A stretch of DNA of 64,000 nucleotides from Octopus vulgaris (GCA_951406725.2 OX597825.1:68510001-68574000), one strand, 5' to 3'. Counted from the first letter of the stretch, positions 12,641-27,050 are shown. Notes: a model not told the origin generated them from the sequence alone. Translations and numbers: made by a program.

Positions 12641-15018
12641 CGATTTTATTAGTTAGCTAAATTAAGATGTGAGAGTATGGGACGAGTGCACTACGGCACA
12701 CAAAGGCGCCCTTGAGGCACTGGACAGGTCCCTGCAAGACATCAGAGACTCTACGGCCCCCATGGGAGGATTGACTTTACTTCTTTCAGGAGACTTCAGG
12801 CAGACCTGTTATTCCTAAAGGAACCCATGCCGATGCCGTGCGCCTTAAGTCGTCAGCTCTTTGGGCACATGTGTGGCCCTTGCACCTCCAAACTAACATG
12901 CGCGCAATTGATTGGTGACAGCGGATCCGCTGCATTCTCCAGGGACCTTTTATCGCTCGGTGAAAATAGGATGCCACCCATTATGCTCATCAGGAATTTG
13001 GTTCCACCTAAACAGTGTAATGGCACACGTCTGGTTGTGAAACATTTGGTACCACATTTAATAACAGTCTAAGGACTAGAATCAAGCTTGCTCAGAAGAT
13101 GCCTGATGCTTATGAAGAAATGATTAAGCTTCGTTCTTATATCATTAATTTACACAAGAATACCAACTTTGAACTTTGCCACATAGCAAATATGGACGAA
13201 GTTCCACTTAACTTTGATGCTCCTTCCAACAAAACTGTGAATCAAAAAGGGGCCATCAAGACAAGAGGGCATGAAAAGACTCGCACAGCTGTCCTGGCAT
13301 GCTGTGCTGATGGTACCCAGTTGCCACACATGCTCATTTTCAAAAAGAAGACACTTCCAACGGAGAAGCTGCCAGAAAGAGTTCTTGTGCATGTTCATGC
13401 AAAGGGCTGGATGGATCAAGATGGTATGAAGCTTTGGAGAAAGTACCTGGGAACCTTTTTAAGAAGCCATCTATGCCAGTCCAGTGTTAGATCAGTTTAG
13501 GGTACATATAACTGATGGGACAAAAAAAAGTTAGAAACCCAATTGGCATTTATTCCTGGTGGCCTGACAAGCCAAATCCAACCTGTGGATATTGGTATCA
13601 ACAAAGCATTCAAGTAACTAATGAGAAATGAATGGACGAAGTTGATGCAGGTGGGGGGGGTGACTCCAACCGAACACCAACAGGAAAAGTTAGGAAGCCA
13701 ACAATCAGTGAAGAATCCGTGGAATAGTGTGAAGAAAAAAACTACTGTAAGAGCTTCTGAGGAAAATTTGCAAAGGTTTCCTTTGATAAGTAGAACTTGC
13801 ATAAATGGTTTCTTCTCTTTAATACTCGAACGTTTGACAAATTTGGAAGATAAATTATCGTAATCTGCCGATATAACACTAAACAATATACTGGATTCAA
13901 AATCCATTCATAAAAATTTCATACGATGCTAGTTTAACATTAACCAAAGAAGAACTAGCTGCTATATCCACCGATGGTGGATTGAAGATTAAATATAAGG
14001 AATCAGAGAAGAATACCTGTCAATATCCAAAAAAGCTTTCACCATTTTACAGTAATTTTCAACATCACCTTTATGCAAATTAGGATTTTCCACTCTCACC
14101 AACAGTGGAGGCACATGGCCTAGTGGTTAAAGCAGCGGACTCGCGGTCGAGGGATCGTGAGTTCGAATCTCAGACCGGGCGAACTTCTGCTGACTCTTTC
14201 ACCACAACTTTCTCTCACTCTTTCTTCGATTTTATTAGTTAGCTAAATTAAGATGTGAGAGTATGGGACGAGTGCACTATGGCACACAAAGGCGCCCTTG
14301 AGGCACTGGACAGGTCCCTGCAAGACATCAGAGACTCTACGGCCCCCATTGGAGGATTGACATTACTTCTTTCAGGAGACTTCAGGCAGACCTGTTATTC
14401 CTAAAGGAACCCGTGCCGAAGCCGTGCGCCTTAAGTCGTCAGCTCTTTGGGCACATGTGTGGCCCTTGCACCTCCAAACTAACATGCGCGCAATTGATTG
14501 GTGACAGCGGATCCGCTGCATTCTCCAGGGACCTTTTATCGCTCGGTGAAAATAGGATGCCACCCATTATGCTCATCAGGAATTTGGTTCCACCTAAACA
14601 GTGTAATGGCACACGTCTGGTTGTGAAACATTTGGTACCACATTTAATAACAGTCTAAGGACTAGAATCAAGCTTGCTCAGAAGATGCCTGATGCTTATG
14701 AAGAAATGATTAAGCTTCGTTCTTATATCATTAATTTACACAAGAATACCAACTTTGAACTTTGCCACATAGCAAATATGGACGAAGTTCCACTTAACTT
14801 TGATGCTCCTTCCAACAAAACTGTGAATCAAAAAGGGGCCATCAAGACAGGAGGGCATGGAAAGACTCGCACAGCTGTCCTGGCATGCTGTGCTGATGGT
14901 ACCCAGTTGCCACTCATGCTCATTTTCAAAAAGAAGACACTTCCAACGGAGAAACTGCCAGAAGGAGTTCTTGTGCATGTTCATGCAAAGGGCTGGATGG
15001 ATCGAGATGGTATGAAAC

Positions 15019-17207
15019 TGTAGTGATCCTATACAACAGCGCGCGCAACGCCCTCTCGTGAATACACGAAGTCCGAAAGAGGGAATTTTGCTGACGTGGC
15101 CTTAGCTTATAGAGGCAAGGGAGCGTGAGCCTTAACAAAGAGGCAAGGGAGCGTAAAGCGTTGACCATTAGCGTCCGACAGACAGCGGCAGGCATTTCAT
15201 AGAAGCAGACGTTTAATTCGCTCTCTCTCCGGTTGATAGCAGCAGTCTTTTGGCCAAAGACTTTTAACCTGAATTGTTGCAGTCAAATCATCTTCCTCCG
15301 GACGCCATTTTTGACCCGTTCTGTTTTTAGCGGCTGAACATTGTAAATATTACAATCGATTAACTTTCAGCCTTGTGCGCCCAGAACCAAGGACATCAGA
15401 TGTACCACTGATTTCTCACCGGTATAAAACAATAAAGTATATCTATTTTTTACGTCTGCGTTTTGTGTTTCTTTGACTGGTAGAGTCTGGATATAAAAGC
15501 AAGGAAAGTGATTGCACCAACTTGCACCCCCAAAGTGCAAGAGGAGATATTCACATATTCCTTACAGTGGTGACCCCGAAGTTCCAGAGAACACTCAACA
15601 AAAAGAAAAAATCCAGTTTTTCTGCCAAGTCTGAAACACGACCAACCTGTTTTCCAGTCCCTTTCAACAGTTTGTTTCTTCATCTGCACTCACGGACGGA
15701 AGAAAAAAAAAAAAAAAAAGAGAAGAAATTTTTTTCTCGATTAAAACGCGACGAAGGTTGGTAAAAAAACAAAAAAAAGAAAAGAATTTTTTCTTCTATT
15801 CTCTGTGCACACAGTACAAACAAAAAAAAAAACATTTTTTTTTGTAAATTGCACATTCAAAATTTATTGGTTCAATTGTTGGTCTTTCTTTCTTTCTTCC
15901 TTTCTTTTTTCCCTTTGTTTTTCCTTGTTGCGTCTGTTCAGCGTTGGTTCGTTGTCAGTTTTCTTTTTTTCCATTTGACAGAGTCATCTAGTAAATAAAA
16001 GGCTACAAAATGTTTATGGGTTCGTTACCTACTTTTACAGGTGATGCCACACTGTGGTTTTCACAGTTAGAGGCACAATTTCGTGCACAAAGTATTACTA
16101 CCGAGCAGCAGTAGAGACAAATACAGTGGACCAAATAGCAACGATGGCTGATAAGATGGTTGAATTTGCCGTTCAACCATCGTCACGGTCTGTTTGTGCC
16201 TGTTCACAAACTTCTTCGGCCTCAATTGAGGGGCTTTCTAAACTAATAGAAACCCTCACTAAAAGGATGGACGCGATGTGTCGCGATGGTAAGCGATCTT
16301 CAAAATCGCGAAGTCGCAGTCGTTCATCCTCGAGATCAAAACAGTCTAAGTCTGGACTGTGTTGGTACCACTCCAAGTATGGAGAGAATGCACATAGGTG
16401 CACACAGCCATGCACTTATAAGTCTTTAAACTAGATTCGGAGAATTTGAGCACGTCAACTTCCTCCACAACATTTTCTGGTTATCGTGCATTCTTTGTTA
16501 AAGATCTAGTGTCGAAGAAAAACTTCATGGTGGACACTGGTTCTTGTTGCAGTATTTGGCCTCTGCGTTGCACAACCGACAGGCCAAAGCGATCTAACAT
16601 CATCTTGCACGCTATTGACTCGTCACCAATAGCCACATTCGGTCAGATCTCGTTGCGCCTTGATATTGGTCTTCGACGAGACTTTCAATGGGTTTTTGTC
16701 ATTGCTGACATTCCGCATCCTATTTTAGGTGCGGATTTTCTGGATAAATTTGATTTGTTGGTAGATGTCAGACGTCGGAGGTTGGTCGATAGTTCGACTA
16801 CACTCTCCACGCCGACCGGAGAATCTACCAATTTAGCTCTTAGCCCGACATTTTTTGTCGGTACATCTGGAGATGTTTTTCACTCTCTTTTAGCTTCTTT
16901 TCCAGAGCTATATGATGTTACCTTTAGGGTGGCTAAGCCATTGCATTCGACACGACACTTTATAACAACAACTGGACCTCCTTCATTTAGTAAGAAAAGG
17001 GGATACAGATTTTCGCCCGGTGGGAGATTATCGGCGTCTAGATTCGGTGACGATTCCAGACAAATATCCCATAAGGATTTTAAACGATTTTTCGGCAAAT
17101 TTACATGGCTGTACTATTTTTTCTAAGGTTAACCTGATACGTGCCTACCATCAAATACCGGTCAACTCAGACGATATTCCTAAAACAGCAATTACTACTC
17201 CTTTTGG
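15019..17207 (+). mobile_element. Gypsy LTR retrotransposon, 5' half (LTR 15019-15566, PBS, gag, protease, partial RT)
   Basis: TG...CA LTR, PBS tggtgaccccga (tRNA-Trp type), gag CWYHSKYGENAHRCTQPC, protease FMVDTGSCCS, RT GDYRRL..DKYPI..AYHQIPV..KTAITTPFG. No 3' LTR. Confidence 0.92.
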
Positions 17208-20200
17208 CTTTGGAGAAAGAGACCTGGGGAACCTTTTTAAGAAGCCATCTATGCCAGTCCAGTGTTAGATCAGTTTAGGGTACATATAACTGATGGGACA
17301 AAAAAAGTTAGAAACCCAATTGGCAGTTATTCCTGGTGGCCTGACAAGCCAAATCCAACCTGTGGATGTTGGTATCAACAAAGCATTCAAGTAACTAATG
17401 AGAAATGAATGGAGCAAGTTGATGCGGGGGAGGGGGACTCCAACCGAACACCAACAGGAAAAGTTAGGAAGTCAACAATCAGTGAAGAATCCGTGGAATA
17501 GTGTGAAGAAAAAAATATACTGTAAGAGCTTCTGAGGAAAATTTGCAAAGGTTTCCTTTGATAAGTAGAACTTGCATAAATGGTATCTTCTCTTTTAATA
17601 CTCAAACGTTTGACAAATTTGGAAGATAAATTATCGTAATCTGCCGATATAACACTAAACAATATACTGGATTCAAAATCCATTCATAAAAATTTCATAC
17701 GATGCTAGTTTAACATTAACCAAAGAAGAACTAGCTGCTATATCCACCGATGGTGGATTGAAGATTAAATATAGGGAATCAGAGAAGAATACCTGTCAAT
17801 ATCCAAAAAAGCTTTCACCATTTTACAGTAATTTTCAACATCACCTTTATGCAAATTAGGATTTTCCACTCTCACCAACAGTGGAGGCACATGGCCTAGT
17901 GGTTAAAGCAGCGGACTCGCGGTCGAGGGATCGTGAGTTCGAATCTCAGACCGGGCGAACTTCTGCTGACTCTTTCACCACAACTTTCTCTCACTCTTTC
18001 TTCGATTTTATTAGTTAGCTAAATTAAGATGTGAGAGTATGGGACGAGTGCACTATGGCACACAAAGGCGCCCTTGAGGCACTGGACAGGTCCCTGCAAG
18101 ACATCAGAGACTCTACGGCCCCCATGGGAGGATTGACTTTACTTCTTTCAGGAGACTTCAGGCAGACCTGTTATTCCTAAAGGAACCCGTGCCGATGCCG
18201 TGCGCATTAAGTCGTCAGCTCTTTGGGCACATGTGTGGCCCTTGCACCTCCAAACTAACATGCGCGCAATTGATTGGTGACAGCGGATCCGCTGCATTCT
18301 CCAGGGACCTTTTATCGCTCGGTGAAAATAGGATGCCACCCATTATGCTCATCAGGAATTTGGTTCCACCTAAACAGTGTAATGGCACACGTCTGGTTGT
18401 GAAACATTTGGTACCACATTTAATAACAGTCTAAGGACTAGAATCAAGCTTGCTCAGAAGATGCCTGATGCTTATGAAGAAATGATTAAGCTTCGTTCTT
18501 ATATTATTAATTTACACAAGAATACCAACTTTGAACTTTGCCACATAGCAAATATGGACGAAGTTCCACTTAACTTTGATGCTCCTTCCAACAAAACTGT
18601 GAATCAAAAAGGGGCCATCAAGACAGGAGGGCATGGAAAGACTCGCACAGCTGTCCTGGCATGCTGTGCTGATGGTACCCAGTTGCCACTCATGCTCATT
18701 TTCAAAAAGAAGACACTTCCAACGGAGAAGCTGCCAGAAGGAGTTCTTGTGCATGTTCATGCAAAGGGCTGGATGGATCGAGATGGTATGAAGCTTTGGA
18801 GAAAGAGACCTGGGGAACCTTTTTAAGAAGCCATCTATGCCAGTCCAGTGTTAGATCAGTTTAGGGTACATATAACTGATGGGACAAAAAAAGTTAGAAA
18901 CCCAATTGGCAGTTATTCCTGGTGGCCTGACAAGCCAAATCCAACCTGTGGATGTTGGTATCAACAAAGCATTCAAGTAACTAATGAGAAATGAATGGAG
19001 CAAGTTGATGCGGGGGAGGGGGACTCCAACCGAACACCAACAGGAAAAGTTAGGAAGTCAACAATCAGTGAAGAATCCGTGGAATAGTGTGAAGAAAAAA
19101 ACTACTGTAAGAGCTTCTGAGGAAAATTTGCAAAGGTTTCCTTTGATAAGTAGAACTTGCATAAATGGTATCTTCTCTTTTAATACTCAAACGTTTGACA
19201 AATTTGGAAGATAAATTATCGTAATCTGCCGATATAACACTAAACAATATACTGGATTCAAAATCCATTCATAAAAATTTCATACGATGCTAGTTTAACA
19301 TTAACCAAAGAAGAACTAGCTGCTATATCCACCGATGGTGGATTGAAGATTAAATATAGGGAATCAGAGAAGAATACCTGTCAATATCCAAAAAAGCTTT
19401 CACCATTTTACAGTAATTTTCAACATCACCTTTATGCAAATTAGGATTTTCCACTCTCACCAACAGTGGAGGCACATGGCCTAGTGGTTAAAGCAGCGGA
19501 CTCGCGGTCGAGGGATCGTGAGTTCGAATCTCAGACCGGGCGAACTTCTGCTGACTCTTTCACCACAACTTTCTCTCACTCTTTCTTCGATTTTATTAGT
19601 TAGCTAAATTAAGATGTGAGAGTATGGGACGAGTGCACTATGGCACACAAAGGCGCCCTTGAGGCACTGGACAGGTCCCTGCAAGACATCAGAGACTCTA
19701 CGGCCCCCATGGGAGGATTGACTTTACTTCTTTCAGGAGACTTCAGGCAGACCTGTTATTCCTAAAGGAACCCGTGCCGATGCCGTGCGCATTAAGTCGT
19801 CAGCTCTTTGGGCACATGTGTGGCCCTTGCACCTCCAAACTAACATGCGCGCAATTGATTGGTGACAGCGGATCCGCTGCATTCTCCAGGGACCTTTTAT
19901 CGCTCGGTGAAAATAGGATGCCACCCATTATGCTCATCAGGAATTTGGTTCCACCTAAACAGTGTAATGGCACACGTCTGGTTGTGAAACATTTGGTACC
20001 ACATTTAATAACAGTCTAAGGACTAGAATCAAGCTTGCTCAGAAGATGCCTGATGCTTATGAAGAAATGATTAAGCTTCGTTCTTATATCATTAATTTAC
20101 ACAAGAATACCAACTTTGAACTTTGCCACATAGCAAATATGGACGAAGTTCCACTTAACTTTGATGCTCCTTCCAACAAAACTGTGAATCAAAAAGGGGC

Positions 20201-23200
20201 CATCAAGACAGGAGGGCATGGAAAGACTCGCACAGCTGTCCTGGCATGCTGTGCTGATGGTACCCAGTTGCCACTCATGCTCATTTTCAAAAAGAAGACA
20301 CTTCCAACGGAGAAGCTGCCAGAAGGAGTTCTTGTGCATGTTCATGCAAAGGGCTGGATGGATCGAGATGGTATGAAGCTTTGGAGAAAGAGACCTGGGG
20401 AACCTTTTTAAGAAGCCATCTATGCCAGTCCAGTGTTAGATCAGTTTAGGGTACATATAACTGATGGGACAAAAAAAAGTTAGAAACCCAATTGGCAGTT
20501 ATTCCTGGTGGCCTGACAAGCCAAATCCAACCTGTGGATGTTGGTATCAACAAAGCATTCAAGTAACTAATGAGAAATGAATGGAGCAAGTTGATGCGGG
20601 GGAGGGGGACTCAACCGAACACCAACAGGAAGTTAGGAAGCCAACAATCAGTGAAGAATCCGTGGAATAGTGTGAAGAAAAAAACTACTGTAAGAGCTTC
20701 TGAGGAAAATTTGCAAAGGTTTCCTTTGATAAGTAGAACTTGCATAAATGGTATCTTCTCTGTAATACTCGAACGTTTGACAAATTTGGAAGATAAATTA
20801 TCGTAATCTGCCGATATAACACTAAACAATATACTGGATTCAAAATCCATTCATAAAAATTTCATACGATGCTAGTTTAACATTAACCAAAGAAGAACTA
20901 GCTGCTATATCCACCGATGGTGGATTGAAGATTAAATATAGGGAATCAGAGAAGAATACCTGTCAATATCCAAAAAAGCTTTCACCATTTTACAGTAATT
21001 TTCAACATCACCTTTATGCAAATTAGGATTTTCCACTCTCACCAACAGTGGAGGCACATGGCCTAGTGGTTAAAGCAGCGGACTCGCGGTCGAGGGATCG
21101 TGTGTTCGAATCTCAGACCGGGCGAACTTCTGCTGACTCTTTCACCACAACTTTCTCTCACTCTTTCTTCGATTTTATTAGTTAGCTAAATTAAGATGTG
21201 AGAGTATGGGACGAGTGCACTATGGCACACAAAGGCGCCCTTGAGGCACTGGACAGGTCCCTGCAAGACATCAGAGACTCTACGGCCCCCATGGGAGGAT
21301 TGACTTTACTTCTTTCAGGAGACTTCAGGCAGACCTGTTATTCCTAAAGGAACCCGTGCCGATGCCGTGCGCATTAAGTCGTCAGCTCTTTGGGCACATG
21401 TGTGGCCCTTGCACCTCCAAACTAACATGCGCGCAATTGATTGGTGACAGCGGATCCGCTGCATTCTCCAGGGACCTTTTATCGCTCGGTGAAAATAGGA
21501 TGCCACCCATTATGCTCATCAGGAATTTGGTTCCACCTAAACAGTGTAATGGCACACGTCTGGTTGTGAAACATTTGGTACCACATTTAATAACAGTCTA
21601 AGGACTAGAATCAAGCTTGCTCAGAAGATGCCTGATGCTTATGAAGAAATGATTAAGCTTCGTTCTTATATCATTAATTTACACAAGAATACCAACTTTG
21701 AACTTTGCCACATAGCAAATATGGACGAAGTTCCACTTAACTTTGATGCTCCTTCCAACAAAACTGTGAATCAAAAAGGGGCCATCAAGACAGGAGGGCA
21801 TGGAAAGACTCGCACAGCTGTCCTGGCATGCTGTGCTGATGGTACCCAGTTGCCACTCATGCTCATTTTCAAAAAGAAGACACTTCCAACGGAGAAGCTG
21901 CCAGAAGGAGTTCTTGTGCATGTTCATGCAAAGGGCTGGATGGATCGAGATGGTATGAAGCTTTGGAGAAAGAGACCTGGGGAACCTTTTTAAGAAGCCA
22001 TCTATGCCAGTCCAGTGTTAGATCAGTTTAGGGTACATATAACTGATGGGACAAAAAAAGTTAGAAACCCAATTGGCAGTTATTCCTGGTGGCCTGACAA
22101 GCCAAATCCAACCTGTGGATGTTGGTATCAACAAAGCATTCAAGTAACTAATGAGAAATGAATGGAGCAAGTTGATGCGGGGGGGGGGGGGGGACTCCAA
22201 CCGAACACCAACAGGAAGTTAGGAAGCCAACAATCAGTGAAGAATCCGTGGAATAGTGTGAAGAAAAAAACTACTGTAAGAGCTTCTGAGGAAAATTTGC
22301 AAAGGTTTCCTTTGATAAGTAGAACTTGCATAAATGGTATCTTCTCTGTAATACTCGAACGTTTGACAAATTTGGAAGATAAATTATCGTAATCTGCCGA
22401 TATAACACTAAACAATATACTGGATTCAAAATCCATTCATAAAAATTTCATACGATGCTAGTTTAACATTAACCAAAGAAGAACTAGCTGCTATATCCAC
22501 CGATGGTGGATTGAAGATTAAATATAGGGAATCAGAGAAGAATACCTGTCAATATCCAAAAAAGCTTTCACCATTTTACAGTAATTTTCAACATCACCTT
22601 TATGCAAATTAGGATTTTCCACTCTCACCAACAGTGGAGGCACATGGCCTAGTGGTTAAAGCAGCGGACTCGCGGTCGAGGGATCGTGTGTTCGAATCTC
22701 AGACCGGGCGAACTTCTGCTGACTCTTTCACCACAACTTTCTCTCACTCTTTCTTCGATTTTATTAGTTAGCTAAATTAAGATGTGAGAGTATGGGACGA
22801 GTGCACTATGGCACACAAAGGCGCCCTTGAGGCACTGGACAGGTCCCTGCAAGACATCAGAGACTCTACGGCCCCCATGGGAGGATTGACTTTACTTCTT
22901 TCAGGAGACTTCAGGCAGACCTGTTATTCCTAAAGGAACCCGTGCCGATGCCGTGCGCATTAAGTCGTCAGCTCTTTGGGCACATGTGTGGCCCTTGCAC
23001 CTCCAAACTACCATATGCGCAATTGATTGGTGACAGCGGATCCGCTGCATTCTCCAGGGACCTTTTATCACTCGGTGAAAATAGGATGCCACCCATTATG
23101 CTCATCAGGAATTTGGTTCCACCTAAACAGTGTAATGGCACACGTCTGGTTGTGAAACATTTGGTACCACATTTAATAACAGTCTAAGGACTAGAATCAA

Positions 23201-24359
23201 GCTTGCTCAGAAGATGCCTGATGCTTATGAAGAAATGATTAAGCTTCGTTCTTATATCATTAATTTACACAAGAATACCAACTTTGAACTTTGCCACATA
23301 GCAAATATGGACGAAGTTCCACTTAACTTTGATGCTCCTTCCAACAAAACTGAATCAAAAAGGGGCCATCAAGATAGGAGGGCATGGAAAGACTCGCACA
23401 GCTGTCCTGGCATGCTGTGCTGATGGTACCCAGTTGCCACTCATGCTCATTTTCAAAAAGAAGACACTTCCAACGGAGAAGCTGCCAGAAGGAGTTCTTG
23501 TGCATGTTCATGCAAAGGGCTGGATGGATCGAGATGGTATGAAGCTTTGGAGAAAGAGACCTGGGGAACCTTTTTAAGAAGCCATCTATGCCAGTCCAGT
23601 GTTAGATCAGTTTAGGGTACATATAACTGATGGGACAAAAAAAGTTAGAAACCCAATTGGCAGTTATTCCTGGTGGCCTGACAAGCCAAATCCAACCTGT
23701 GGATGTTGGTATCAACAAAGCATTCAAGTAACTAATGAGAAATGAATGGAGCAAGTTGATGCGGGGGGGGGGGGGACTCCAACCGAACACCAACAGGAAA
23801 AGTTAGGAAGCCAACAATCAGTGAAGAATCCGTGGAATAGTGTGAAGAAAAAAACCACTGTAAGAGCTTCTGAGGAAAATTTGCAAAGGTTTCCTTTGAT
23901 AAGTAGAACTTGCATAAATGGTATCTTCTCTGTAATACTCGAACGTTTGACAAATTTGGAAGATAAATTATCGTAATCTGCCGATATAACACTAAACAAT
24001 ATACTGGATTCAAAATCCATTCATAAAAATTTCATACGATGCTAGTTTAACATTAACCAAAGAAGAACTAGCTGCTATATCCACCGATGGTGGATTGAAG
24101 ATTAAATATAGGGAATCAGAGAAGAATACCTGTCAATATCCAAAAAGCTTTCACCATTTTACAGTAATTTTCAACATCACCTTTATGCAAATTAGGATTT
24201 TCCACTCTCACCAACAGTGGAGGCACATGGCCTAGTGGTTAAAGCAGCGGACTCGCGGTCGAGGGATCGTGAGTTCGAATCTCAGACCGGGCGAACTTCT
24301 GCTGACTCTTTCACCACAACTTTCTCTCACTCTTTCCTCGATTTTATTAGTTAGCTAAA

Positions 24360-25385
24360 TTAAGATGTGAGGCACTGGACAGGTCCCTGCAAGACATCAG
24401 AGACTCTACGGCCCCCATGGGAGGATTGACTTTACTTCTTTCAGGAGACTTCAGGCAGACCTGTTATTCCTAAAGGAACCCGTGCCGATGCCGTGCGCCT
24501 TAAGTCATCAGCTCTTTGGGCATATGTGCAGCCCTTGCACCTCCAAACTAACATGCACGCAATTGATTGGTGACAGCGTATCCGCTGCATTCTCCAGGGA
24601 CCTTTTATCGCTCGGTGAAAATAGGATGCCGCCCATTATGCTCATCAGGAATTTGGTTCCACCTAAACAGTGTAATGGCACACGTCTGGTTGTGAAACAT
24701 TTTGTACCACATTCAATCACATCCACAATACTTACCGGTTGTGGGAAGGGAGAGGACGTCTTCATTCCACGCATGCACCTTCAACCGTTGGGCGCTGACC
24801 TACCAATCGACTTCAGACATTCTCAGTCTCCTGTTAAACTCTGCTTCGCAAAGTCCATCAATAAATCCCAAGGCGAAACACTACAAGTCGCTGGGTTACA
24901 TTTGGGCAAACAGTGCTTCGCCCACGGTCAACTCTACGAGGGCTGTTCACGTGTTGGGAGGCGCAATGATGTTTTCATGTTTTCACCCAAAGCTAGAAAT
25001 GTCGTATACACAGAAGTATTGGAGTGAAGAGAAGACGTTGCAACCTACACATGCGCCTTCATTCCCTAGAGGGAAAGGACTAGATCGGGATTAGTCGTTG
25101 CCTACTAGAGGCTCCCGAGCCCCCTTTCGCTAGACTTAAGTTAGGATTAGGTAGGGCTTAGCTGTGGTCCGAACTGCGTTGGGTGTGCTAAACAAAACCA
25201 GAAAATGCACTTTGACTGTCATAAATTTTCTTCATGCATGCAAAGGAACAATGCCTTGAATGCCTTTTAGGCTTCATTTTACAAAATAACGGTACAATGA
25301 GTACAAAAAAGAGTAAAAAGGTAAAGGGCATTGCTTATCGACAAAGTTTCTTACATACCCGGGCAACGCCGGGCTATGCTGCTAG
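24360..25385 (+). mobile_element. Helitron 3' portion (Pif1-like helicase C-terminus and canonical 3' end)
   Basis: GDFRQ, IMLIRNL..CNGTRL, PVKLCFAKSINKSQG.TL, HGQLY.GCSRV; hairpin cccgg-gcaacg-ccggg (25358-25373), then CTAG|T at 25382-25386. Confidence 0.92.
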
Positions 25386-25610
25386 TCATACATATGTCCC
25401 AACATTGAAGAAATTGGCAAGACACACCAAGCTCATACATCTCATCAGTGCAAAATAATAATGGATAAAAGGTATATACCCTTTTTACAGTTATTTTTGT
25501 ACTTCGTTACATTTTGCATTATATGTCTTAGCATTCTGTGTAGTGTGCCCGTAATTTTTTGTAAGGCTTCAAGTGTGCCACAACTTCTAAAAGTTTGGGA
25601 ACCACTACTG
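25386..25610 (+). mobile_element. hAT (Charlie/Buster) 3' end with TIR-like terminus
   Basis: CPNIEEIGKTHQAHTSH C-terminal motif and terminal aaaagtttgggaaccact. Confidence 0.6.
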
Positions 25611-25616
25611 TAGCCC

Positions 25617-26075
25617 TTTTAATATTACTGGGTGACGAGGTCAACATGCAGAACATTGATGGCGATACTCCTTCACATCAAACTGAGTGGAAGGACTCCA
25701 AATAAGTAATAGAAGCCTTATTAAATACACCATAGAAACAACATGTTACAGGTTTGACACTAGTCAATATATCAATACCACACATAACTTAAGAGCTGAA
25801 GCAGTGACCCTTTGCTTCTTAAAAATAATAAAAAAATAAAAAAATCACCCCATATCCAACAGATCCTCAAAATACTTTAGTTCAGAAAAACAAACTATTT
25901 CTTGAGAAACAAAATGTAAGAATGAAGTTGCAAATACTACTCAGCTATCCAAAACTATCTCTCAAGAATTGGCAGAAATCACTGAGTAATATTTAAGTCT
26001 CTTGGTTGTTGATTTGGTTCGTAATTTCATCTTGCTCATAATTTCCATTATTGCTGATCATGTCTGACCTCTTGA
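25617..26075 (+). pseudogene. Ankyrin-repeat gene fragment, copy 1
   Basis: LLGDEVNMQNIDGDTPSH..VIEALL, with stops; paralogous to 27165-27625. Confidence 0.5.
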
Positions 26076-26359
26076 CCTGTTGCTAATTTTGGATACGATA
26101 CTCCTATAATGGAGATTTAAAGAATTTTACCAAAGGGATACTGTCATTTAGGGAGCAGAACTCAAGTCTCCAAAAACAAACCACATAAACTGGTTGTTTG
26201 GAGAAGAGGGCCTCTCAAAATAATGGCCTTCACAAAGATACCAGGCTTTGTAAATTTTGATCTTTGAAGAGGTTAAAGAGTGTGACAGAAAATGTGCCAT
26301 CAAACGTACTTGAAGTTCTACTTTTCCATTGCATGCAGGTGTATTGAGATGGAAGTTAA

Positions 26360-27050
26360 AAGGAAAAAATCAAGATCTCAACTCTCCTGTGCATGGGTCA
26401 CAAGTCCGTTGCCTACTCAATGACTTGAAGTGTCATGGCAATGGAATTCTCATTTTTTTCTAATGAAAACACTTTCGTGGTCAATCTAGTCATCAACAAT
26501 CAGAACGATCACATGATCAGCTTCAACCAGGACGTCTATACATGTCCACAACTAAGCACCCGGCCTCCCTGATGATGCTTCGCATTGCGACTTCAAATAG
26601 CAAGAAGATGCTGCTGGTGTGGTTCGCAACTGGTTAAGGCTCACCGAAGCTGACTACAAGAACATCTTGGCTATCAATGTCCTGCTCTAGGTGAGAAAAA
26701 TAATGAAGATAGACTACATCGTTCAGCAGGTTCTGCGAGAGTAGCTGGGGGTCAAACATGAGCTTCTTGTCAAAGGATTTTGGCCACTACAGTCGTCTGA
26801 CCCTGACCCACTCGACTACAGTGTATGAGTACATGTTGAGGGTAAGGCCTGCAAAGCTCGCTACAGCAATCCCAACAAGCTGAAGTCTTCTTTCAACCAT
26901 GTGTGGACCCATATGAAGAAGGACTTTGTCCACAATGTGTGCACAGCCTTCAGGCCTCGCTTGCACCGAGGGTGGCAACATCAATTAAAACTATCCTTGT
27001 GTCCTTTGTTAAGAGCATTGTAATGAGTGTAACAGGGCTTTTCTAAAGCC
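26360..27050 (+). mobile_element. Tc1/mariner (maT/DD37D-like) transposase remnant
   Basis: FSNENTFVVNLVINNQND and FWPLQSSDPDPLDYSV; homologous to 38590-39660. Confidence 0.6.

Larger units (their letters stand above)
11489..24715 (+). repeat. Macrosatellite: 7 tandem copies of a ~1.58-kb composite unit (pogo + hAT + SINE head + Helitron helicase pieces)
   Basis: The unit start agtctaaggactagaatcaagc occurs at 11489, 13066, 14652, 18428, 20013, 21595 and 23181. The third unit is interrupted by a Gypsy element. Confidence 0.97.

Noticed and set aside
11489-25385. Single Helitron that captured pogo/hAT fragments
   Set aside because: The hAT C-terminus continues beyond the Helitron CTAG end and the pogo 5' part lies outside unit 1. 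This fits nesting followed by tandem amplification better. No TC 5' end was identified.
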